A DNA stretch of 60,592 nucleotides from Acidilobaceae archaeon (GTDB lineage: Archaea; Thermoproteota; Thermoprotei_A; Sulfolobales; Acidilobaceae), in NCBI GenBank assembly GCA_026985435.1, contig JALSQL010000012.1, positions 1 to 60,592 on the forward strand. The letters run 5' to 3'. The first letter of the stretch is position 1; every line of letters starts with the position of its first letter. The notes beneath the pieces were generated by a model. That model did not search any database. It was not told the DNA's origin and worked only from the letters and a program-made list of their open reading frames with translations. Shown here piece by piece: positions 17,639 to 24,688 of this stretch. A program made the translations under genes and the position numbers.

Positions 17639-18520
17639 TTGAGGGTGGCGGTGCTTGGCGCTGGCCTGATGGGCTCCGCCGCCGCGGAGAGGCTGGCCTC
17701 CGAGGGCTTCAGCGTGATAGTCTGGAGCCGCACTAGGGGGAAGGCTGAGAGTCTCGCTGAGAGGCTTGGGGTCGAGGCGGCGCCCAGCGTGGAGAGGGCT
17801 CTCGACGAGGCGGAGGCTGCCATAGCCTTTCTAGCGGACGACGAGGCCCTAATATCTGTGGCCTCCCAGGTCAACCGGGCCGACGGCCTGGTCTTCGTGG
17901 ACTCCTCCACCGTGACGCCCGAGACCGCCTCGAGGGTCGGGGAGTACCTTGAGGGCCGGGGGGCCTGCTACGTGGAGGCCCCGGTGCTGGGCGGCCCCAG
18001 GGTCGTTAGGGAGGGGAGGCTGACAGTGATAGCCGCCGGCCGCGGTCTCTGCAAGAGGATGGCCGCGCCGCTCCTTGGGGCCCTCGCCGCCAGGGTTGTG
18101 GACGCCGGGGAGGACCCGCGGGTCGCGCAGGCCCTCAAGCTCGCCTACAACCAGGTCCTCATATCCAGCCTCGCCCTGCTCTCGGAGGCCCTGGCCACGG
18201 CGCGCTCCTACGGTGCAAGCCTGGACCTGCTCGAGAGCGTGTTCGAGGGCACGGCCCTCGAGGGGCTGGCGGCCAAGTACCTCCGGAGGCTGGCCGCCGA
18301 CGAGTGGCCCACCAGCTTCCGCCTCGAGCTGGCCGCCAAGGACCTCGACTACGCCAGGCGCGCCGCGTGGGCCCGGGGGCTCGCCGCCCCCGTGACGAGT
18401 GCCGCGGCCGAGGTCTTCAAGCTGGCCGCCAGGTGGGGGCTGGGGGACGGCGACTACTCCCGGGTGCGGTTTTTCATAGAGGGGGGCGGCGGCGCTAAAT
18501 CCTCCCAGCGGCCCGGCTAG
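17639..18520 (+). CDS. NAD(P)-dependent beta-hydroxyacid dehydrogenase (3-hydroxyisobutyrate / 6-phosphogluconate dehydrogenase-like)
   Basis: Rossmann VAVLGAGLMGSAAAERL directly after the TTG at 17639. TATA-like cctataac about 40 nt upstream. The track ORF from 17543 abuts the divergent nmd3 start (17544) and the TATA box lies inside it, so it is probably too long. Confidence 0.8.
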   Translation: MRVAVLGAGLMGSAAAERLASEGFSVIVWSRTRGKAESLAERLGVEAAPSVERALDEAEAAIAFLADDEALISVASQVNRADGLVFVDSSTVTPETASRVGEYLEGRGACYVEAPVLGGPRVVREGRLTVIAAGRGLCKRMAAPLLGALAARVVDAGEDPRVAQALKLAYNQVLISSLALLSEALATARSYGASLDLLESVFEGTALEGLAAKYLRRLAADEWPTSFRLELAAKDLDYARRAAWARGLAAPVTSAAAEVFKLAARWGLGDGDYSRVRFFIEGGGGAKSSQRPG

Positions 18521-18523
18521 GGT

Positions 18524-18600
18524 GGGGCTGTGATGTGTGTGGTGGACTCAGAGTGGCCGCCGCTGAGCGGCTAATGACGACTAGGAGCCCGCTGAGCCCC
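18524..18600 (+). ncRNA. Candidate C/D-box sRNA (atypical spacing)
   Basis: Terminal stem GGGGC (18524-18528) / GCCCC (18596-18600). C box GUGAUGU 18530-18536, D' CUGA 18563-18566, C' AUGACGA 18574-18580, D CUGA 18592-18595. D'-C' spacer is 7 nt and C'-D spacer 11 nt, both canonical. The C-D' spacer is 26 nt, which is not canonical. Confidence 0.3.
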
Positions 18601-19308
18601 CTAGCCCTTCAGCTTCTCGACGAAGCCCCTATCGACTATCCTAACCTGGTATGACACCCTGCCCTCCCTGAGGAGCCCCGATAGCTCCTCCAGGGCCCTG
18701 GAGCCCCGGAGCTTGCCCCCGCCGGTCTCGGCCACTATGCCCTCGACCCTGCCCTCGCAGGCTAGCATCTCGAACCTCGCGCCCGAGCTGTGGGTGGCCT
18801 CGACGTGGGCGCACTTGCCGCTGCCAGCCTGCTCCGAGGCGATCTTGGCTATCGCCTCAACGCTAGTCGGGGCGCTCGCCTCGCCCCCTCTCCCGGGGGT
18901 GCTTGCCAGCAGTAGGTCAACCCTGAAGAGGGGGTCCTCCATCCTGGCGCTCACCTCCTCCAGCCTGTCACCCGTGGCCCTCGCCTCCACCCGCTGGGGG
19001 CCCCCGGCCTGCCCTGCCGCCTGGCCCCCAGCTGGGGTGCTGGCTGCCCGCGGCGCCGCTGGCGGGGCCTGCTCCCTGGGCGCCTCTAGGACCACCTCTA
19101 TGCCGACGGCCGTCCTGAGCGACCTGGCCACCCTGTACCCCCTGAGGGCGGCCCACACCTGGAGGTCCGTGGCCTCCCCCTCGCCGGAGAGTATCACCTT
19201 GGCCGAGCCCTTCTCGCGGAGGGCCCGCTCTATCCTGGCGTAGGGGAGTATCCACCTCCTCCTCGTAGCGTCTATCGTCTCGGGGGACGACACCGCCGCC
19301 CACCCCAC
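18601..19308 (-). CDS. Hypothetical protein with N-terminal TusA/SirA-like fold lacking the Cys
   Basis: aa 10-75 follow the TusA pattern (RRWILPYARIERAL...KVILSGEGEATDLQVWAALRGYRV) with Leu where the catalytic Cys-Pro would be. Pro/Ala/Gly linker. The C-terminal ~100 aa is unrecognised. Confidence 0.35.
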   Translation of the reverse strand: MGWAAVSSPETIDATRRRWILPYARIERALREKGSAKVILSGEGEATDLQVWAALRGYRVARSLRTAVGIEVVLEAPREQAPPAAPRAASTPAGGQAAGQAGGPQRVEARATGDRLEEVSARMEDPLFRVDLLLASTPGRGGEASAPTSVEAIAKIASEQAGSGKCAHVEATHSSGARFEMLACEGRVEGIVAETGGGKLRGSRALEELSGLLREGRVSYQVRIVDRGFVEKLKG

Positions 19309-19405
19309 GGCTGGCCCACAGTGGCGGGGCGGGCCGCCGCGTTTTTAGCCTGGAGGGCCGCCGCGTGCGAGTGCATTAAAGGAACGGCGGCCGCTCTGCC
19401 TTCGG

Positions 19406-21304
19406 GTGGCGCGCGTGCCCCTGCTGGGAGGCTATCATAGACGCCTCCTCCGGGTGAACCTCTCCACGGGCAAGTGGCGCGTGGAGGAGATAGACGAGGG
19501 CGACCTGGAACTCTTCGTGGGCGGCAAGTCTCTGGCGTACCTCCTGGCCTACAGGGAGATACCCCCGGGGACAGACCCCCTGAGCCCCTCCAACAGGCTC
19601 TACTTCGCCACCGGCCCGTTCAGCGCCCTCGTCCCCGGGGCTAGCAAGGTGACGGTCATGGCTAAGAGCCCCCTCACCCGGCTGCTGCACGACAGCCATG
19701 CCGGAGACTTCTTCGGGCCCTTCCTCAGGAGGGCTGGCTACGACGTGCTCGTCGTCGAGGGCGCCTCGAGGGACCCGGTGTACCTCCACGTGAGTAGTAG
19801 GGGTGTCGAGGTGCTGGACGCCAGCGGCCTGTGGGGCCTAACCACCAGGGAGACCACCCTGGAGCTGCGGAGGAGGCACGGCGGCCGGGTGAGCGTGGCC
19901 GCGGTGGGCCCCGCTGGCGAGAGGCTGGTCAGGTTCGCCACGATAGTCTTCGACGAGGAGAGGGCGGCTGGCAGGGGGGGCCTCGGCGCCGTGATGGGCT
20001 CCAAGAGGCTCAAGGCTATAGTGGTCGAGGGCGACGGCGAGCCCCCCAGGCCCGCGGAGCCCGAGGCGCTCAGGGCTGAGGGTGAGAAGTGGTACAACTA
20101 CTTCGCCACGAGCCCCCGCTTCGCCGACATGAGGATCTATGGCACGACGAACGCCCTCATATACAGCGCCGCCGTCGGCATGAGCCCCGCCTACAACTTC
20201 GAGACCCCGAGCATCCCCGAGGACCTGGCGGCTAAGCTGTCGGGCGACGCAATCAAGGAGCTCGAGGTGGAGCCGCCCTGGTTCATACACGGAGGCAGCT
20301 GCCCCGTCAGGTGCGCCAGGTACGTGGAGGCGGTCTACAAGGGCGTGAGGTTCCGGGTTAAGCCGGAGTACGAGAACCTGGCCATGCTAGGCGCCGCCAC
20401 GGGCGTCTTCGACAGGGAGGCAGTCCTGTACTTCAACAGGCTAGCCGACGACCTAGGCCTCGACACGATAAGCGCCGGGGCCACCATCGCCTGGCTGCTA
20501 GAGCTGGCCGAGAGGGGCCTGATAGGGGAGGACGAGGTCGGCTTCCCGGTTAAGGGCTTCGGGGACGCGGAGGCGGTGGAGAGGCTCCTAAGGCTGATAG
20601 CGGAGAGGCGCGGCATAGGCGCCGTGCTCGCGGAGGGCGTGAAGAGGGCCTCGGAGATCCTCGGGCGCGGCGGCGAGCTGGCCGTGCACGTGAAGGGCCT
20701 CGAGGCCCCGGCCTGGGACCCCCGGGGGAGGAGGGGGCTGGCCGTCAGCTACGCCACCGCCGACGTCGGCGCGAGCCACCTCCGGGGGTGGCCGAGGACC
20801 AGCGAGCCCCCGAGCGCGGGGCCCGCCAAGGACGTCGTCGCGAGCATGGCGAGGAGCAGGGATGACGACGCCCTGAGGGACAGCCTCAGCCTCTGCAGGT
20901 TCGTCTCATACCCGAGCAGCGAGCTACCCAAGCTCTACAGGCTGGTCACCGGCGCCGAGAGGAGCCTTGACGAGCTCTACCAGGCCCCCCAGAGGGCGGA
21001 GGCGCTGGCTAGGATACACGCGGCCCTCGACTGGCTGCTCCCCCCCGTGCACGATGATGTGCCGCCCAAGTGGATGAAGGGGCAGCCGACGGGCCCCCTG
21101 AAGGGCGTGGCCGCCTTCCTGGGCGAGGACGACAAGAGGGAGGCTATCCGCGAGTACTACAGGCTCCGCGGCTGGCACGAGACGCTGGGCGTGCCCCTAC
21201 CCGAGACCCTGGAGAGGCTCGGCATAGCCTGGGCAGCGGGCGACGCTGAGAGGGCGCTGAGGGTGGTCGAGGAGAGGGCTAGGGCTGCAGGCCTGCTGGG
21301 GTGA
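19406..21304 (+). CDS. Aldehyde:ferredoxin oxidoreductase family (tungstopterin enzyme)
   Basis: 632 aa. The AOR N-terminal domain start GGYHRRLLRVNLSTGKWRVEEI and overall length/layout fit the AOR family. Confidence 0.9.
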   Translation: MARVPLLGGYHRRLLRVNLSTGKWRVEEIDEGDLELFVGGKSLAYLLAYREIPPGTDPLSPSNRLYFATGPFSALVPGASKVTVMAKSPLTRLLHDSHAGDFFGPFLRRAGYDVLVVEGASRDPVYLHVSSRGVEVLDASGLWGLTTRETTLELRRRHGGRVSVAAVGPAGERLVRFATIVFDEERAAGRGGLGAVMGSKRLKAIVVEGDGEPPRPAEPEALRAEGEKWYNYFATSPRFADMRIYGTTNALIYSAAVGMSPAYNFETPSIPEDLAAKLSGDAIKELEVEPPWFIHGGSCPVRCARYVEAVYKGVRFRVKPEYENLAMLGAATGVFDREAVLYFNRLADDLGLDTISAGATIAWLLELAERGLIGEDEVGFPVKGFGDAEAVERLLRLIAERRGIGAVLAEGVKRASEILGRGGELAVHVKGLEAPAWDPRGRRGLAVSYATADVGASHLRGWPRTSEPPSAGPAKDVVASMARSRDDDALRDSLSLCRFVSYPSSELPKLYRLVTGAERSLDELYQAPQRAEALARIHAALDWLLPPVHDDVPPKWMKGQPTGPLKGVAAFLGEDDKREAIREYYRLRGWHETLGVPLPETLERLGIAWAAGDAERALRVVEERARAAGLLG

Positions 21305-22035
21305 GCGTTATCCTATTCGAGACACACTCCCACACCACGGCGAGCGACGGGTACCTCACCCCCCTCGAGCTGGTCCGCCTAGCCCGCAGGAGGGGCTGCG
21401 GCGCCGTCGCAGTGACGGACCACGACACGATAGAGGGTGGGATAAGCGCCTACAAGGCCTCGACCCGCCTCTCCCTGGGCGTCATAGTGGTCCCCGGGGT
21501 CGAGGTGCGGACGAGCTGGGGCGACGTGCTGGCACTCTGCACCCAGCCCCCCGGCAGGGAGCCCCCCTCCGGCGCCCACCCGGAGGTCCTGCGCGAGTGG
21601 GCCGACGCCGAGGCCTGCATACTCGTGCCCGCTCACCCCTACGTGACCTGGCGCCACGGCATGGGCGGCCGCAGGCTCAGGCTTGGGGGCGAGACGGGCC
21701 TGTGGGACGCCGTGGAGGCCTGGAACCTCCGGGGGCCCCCGCCCCTCAACCTGCCAGCGATCCTAGCCGCGGAGCAGCTGGGCCTGCCCCCCACCAGCGG
21801 GAGCGACGCCCACGTCCCCAGGGAGCTCTGCGGCGCCGCGATGGAGGCGCCGGATGAGGGTAGCGCTGAGGCTCTCGTGGAGAGCCTGAGGAGGGGCCGG
21901 GCCCGCCCCCGCGCCGGGCTCCCGGGCCCCCTGGCTCTGGCCGAGGCCGCCGCGTGGGCCGTCATGAGGAGGCTGGGGGTGGAGAGGCCGCCTGGGATTA
22001 TAGGGCCAGCGCTTCGTAGACGCGGCACGCCCTGA
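21301..22035 (+). CDS. PHP-domain metal-dependent phosphoesterase
   Basis: FETHSHTTASDG (HxH) and VTDHDT motifs. GTGA start/stop overlap with the AOR gene. Confidence 0.75.
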   Translation: MSVILFETHSHTTASDGYLTPLELVRLARRRGCGAVAVTDHDTIEGGISAYKASTRLSLGVIVVPGVEVRTSWGDVLALCTQPPGREPPSGAHPEVLREWADAEACILVPAHPYVTWRHGMGGRRLRLGGETGLWDAVEAWNLRGPPPLNLPAILAAEQLGLPPTSGSDAHVPRELCGAAMEAPDEGSAEALVESLRRGRARPRAGLPGPLALAEAAAWAVMRRLGVERPPGIIGPALRRRGTP

Positions 22036-22861
22036 GCCTCGACTCCCGGAGGGCGGCGTTGTGCCTCTCAACCTCGCCCCTCGAGACGCCGTAGAGCCCC
22101 TCCAGCACGTCCGCCTCGGTCGGGTGCACTATACCAGCGACGACTATGCTCGAGGGCGCCCGGGAGCCGCCCCCCGACGCTATCCCCCCCAGGGTGCCCC
22201 AGTAGGCCCGGGCCTCGGGGGTTCCAGCCCTCTCCACGACCGCCGCGAGCAGCCCGGGCAGCACGCCCTCCTCGACGCCCATATCCCTGGCCAGCTCCCC
22301 CTCAAGCTCGACCAGAGTGCCAGCCCCGGCAGCCGGGGGGAGCTGGCTCCCGTCCTCCGAGACGTCCAGCAGCGCTAGCGTGTGGAGGCCCACGCACAGG
22401 TTCCCGTATATCTGGGATACCACGCTGACAGCCCTAACCCCCCTCCAGGGCCCGGGTATTGTCACCGTCCTCCCGAACCTGTAGTACTGGAGCCCACTCA
22501 GCACCTTCGCGGATACCGCCCCCGAGACCCCCGGGGCGACCCGCCACTCGACACCCCTCCCCGCGGCTTCGACCAGGAGCGAGACGTGGGTCGTCGCTAT
22601 CAGGGGGTCCCCGGGCACCAGCACGACCACCGTGCCCCTCCTAGCCTCCTCGACCACCTCCCGGGCCCTCGCCTCGAGCGCCTCCCTCGACGCGGGGGCC
22701 ACCCTCTCCCCCGCAACCCTCCTCGCCCACGCCAGGAGCCAGTCGGCGCCGGGCATCGTGTACGTGTCAACGTAGACCCGGTCGGCCGACGCCACCAGGC
22801 CCGCCACCTCGCTCGTGACGCTCCCCGGGTAGACGCCCGCCCCCGCTAGTATGAGCGGCAT
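21998..22861 (-). CDS. dphB: Diphthine synthase
   Basis: Tetrapyrrole-methylase fold start MPLILAGAGVYPGSVT, VVLVPGDPLIATTH. ~287 aa, typical for archaeal Dph5. Confidence 0.85.
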   Translation of the reverse strand: MPLILAGAGVYPGSVTSEVAGLVASADRVYVDTYTMPGADWLLAWARRVAGERVAPASREALEARAREVVEEARRGTVVVLVPGDPLIATTHVSLLVEAAGRGVEWRVAPGVSGAVSAKVLSGLQYYRFGRTVTIPGPWRGVRAVSVVSQIYGNLCVGLHTLALLDVSEDGSQLPPAAGAGTLVELEGELARDMGVEEGVLPGLLAAVVERAGTPEARAYWGTLGGIASGGGSRAPSSIVVAGIVHPTEADVLEGLYGVSRGEVERHNAALRESRLRACRVYEALAL

Positions 22862-22947
22862 TCCCGGAGCACCCTTCCGCCTGCTGGGGCCTGCGGGGGC
22901 CGGGTTCCACTCACGATTATATCCTATGGCGCCACCCCCGGCTGCCG

Positions 22948-23874
22948 GTGTCGCGGGTGCCGCTGCCGGTATACGTGGCAGACGCTGACGTCTACGTTGT
23001 CGACGTGTGGTCCGCCCTCATGCCGGGCATGATAGCCTCGTACGTCCTACCCCTCCCCGGCGGTGGGGCCGCAGTAGTCGACCCGGGGCCCGCCTCGTCG
23101 GCGGACTTCCTCGCCGGGAGCCTGGAGCAGCTGGGCCTCCGCCTCGAGGCCGTGATCGTGACGCACGTCCACCTAGACCACGCGGGGGCCGCCGGCCACC
23201 TGGCCGAGGAGAACCCGGGGGTCAAGGTGTACGTCCACCCCCGGGGGGCGCCCCACCTGGCCGACCCCACCAGGCTCTGGGAGTCATCGAGGCAGGTCCT
23301 AGGCGACATGGCCGACGTCTACGGGAAGCCGAAGCCGGTGCCCCGCGAGTCCCTCGTGGAGACAAGTGATGGCGGGGAGATACCCCTCCCCGGGGGGCGT
23401 AGGCTGGTGGTGCTCCACACGCCGGGCCACGCCAGCCACCACCAGAGCATATACGACCCCCAGAGGGGCGTCCTCTTCACCGGCGACTCGGCCGGGGTCA
23501 TACTAGAGACCGCCGCTGGCACAGCCAGGGCGCCGACGACGCCGCCCCGCCTCAAGCCCAAGCTCTACCTGGAGAGCCTGGAGCGTATGAGGCGCCTCGA
23601 GCCGGGGATGGTCGCCCCCACTCACTTCGGCGTCTGGCCCGAGGGGGCCAGGGAGCTCGAGGTTCAGGTTGAGGTGTTCCGGAGGTGGATGGACGCGCTG
23701 GCCGAGATACACGCCCGCGGCGTGAGGGACCCCGTGCAGGCCTCCAGGCTGCTCGCCGCCAGGGATGGGGAGGCGTCGAAGCTCTACAAGGCCGGCGGCT
23801 ACATTAGGGCGTTCTTCCTCTACGAGACCGTGTGGGGCATGCTCGACGCTATAGAGAGGGGTGAGTGGCCCTGA
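22948..23874 (+). CDS. MBL-fold metallo-hydrolase
   Basis: THVHLDHAGAAGH (HxHxDH) and a downstream HTPGHASHH motif. Confidence 0.8.
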   Translation: MSRVPLPVYVADADVYVVDVWSALMPGMIASYVLPLPGGGAAVVDPGPASSADFLAGSLEQLGLRLEAVIVTHVHLDHAGAAGHLAEENPGVKVYVHPRGAPHLADPTRLWESSRQVLGDMADVYGKPKPVPRESLVETSDGGEIPLPGGRRLVVLHTPGHASHHQSIYDPQRGVLFTGDSAGVILETAAGTARAPTTPPRLKPKLYLESLERMRRLEPGMVAPTHFGVWPEGARELEVQVEVFRRWMDALAEIHARGVRDPVQASRLLAARDGEASKLYKAGGYIRAFFLYETVWGMLDAIERGEWP

Positions 23875-24683
23875 GGGAAGCCGTCATAGGCCTGATCCAG
23901 CTCGAGGCCAGCCCCTCCAAGAGCGTCTCCCTGGAGAGGCTCCGCGGGCTGGCCGGGAGGGTGAGGGAGGCAACCATAATAGCGATGCCGGAGTACGCCA
24001 TGCTAGACCCCACCGACACGCCCCTCGAGAGGCTGCGCTCCGAGGCCGAGAGCGTCGAGGAGCCCGGGCCCTGGCTGAGGGAGGCTGAGAGGCTTGCCAG
24101 CGAGCACTCGGCCTGCGTCGTGGCCACCTTCTTCGAGCCGGCCCCCGATGGTAGGGTGTACAACTCCGCAGCGGTGATCAGGCCGAGCGGGGGCGTGGCC
24201 GGGGTCTACCGTAAGACCCACCTCTTCGACGCCTACGGCTATAGGGAGAGCGCCAAGATAGCCCCCGGGGAGAGCGTGTTCGAGCCCGTGGACGCCTGCG
24301 GCGTCCGCCTGGGCCTTGCTATATGCTTCGAGATCAGGGTGCCCGAGCTGGCCAGGGCGCAGGCGCTCGCCGGCGCGGAGCTCATAGTATACCCGGCCGC
24401 CTGGTACTCGGGGCCGCTCAAGGAGGAGACGCTCCACACCCTAGCCAGGGCCAGGGCCCACGAGAACACGGTGTACGTCGCCGTCGCGGCCCTCGCGGGG
24501 CCCAGGTTCACCGGGCGCTCCACGCTCGTAGACCCGCTGGGTGTCCAGGTGGCGGAGGCGGGCCCCTGGCCCGGCTACGTCGAGGCCCCCCTCGAGCCCT
24601 GGAGGCTGGAGAGGGCTAGGAGCGTCCTCCCCATACTCCAGCTCCTGAGGCTCGACCTGCCAGGCCTGGGGGTTCGTAGGTAG
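23865..24683 (+). CDS. Carbon-nitrogen hydrolase (nitrilase superfamily)
   Basis: Glu-Lys-Cys triad context: IIAMPEYAM, VYRKTHLFD, LAICFEIRVPE. Confidence 0.85.
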   Translation: MALREAVIGLIQLEASPSKSVSLERLRGLAGRVREATIIAMPEYAMLDPTDTPLERLRSEAESVEEPGPWLREAERLASEHSACVVATFFEPAPDGRVYNSAAVIRPSGGVAGVYRKTHLFDAYGYRESAKIAPGESVFEPVDACGVRLGLAICFEIRVPELARAQALAGAELIVYPAAWYSGPLKEETLHTLARARAHENTVYVAVAALAGPRFTGRSTLVDPLGVQVAEAGPWPGYVEAPLEPWRLERARSVLPILQLLRLDLPGLGVRR

Positions 24684-24688
24684 CGTTT

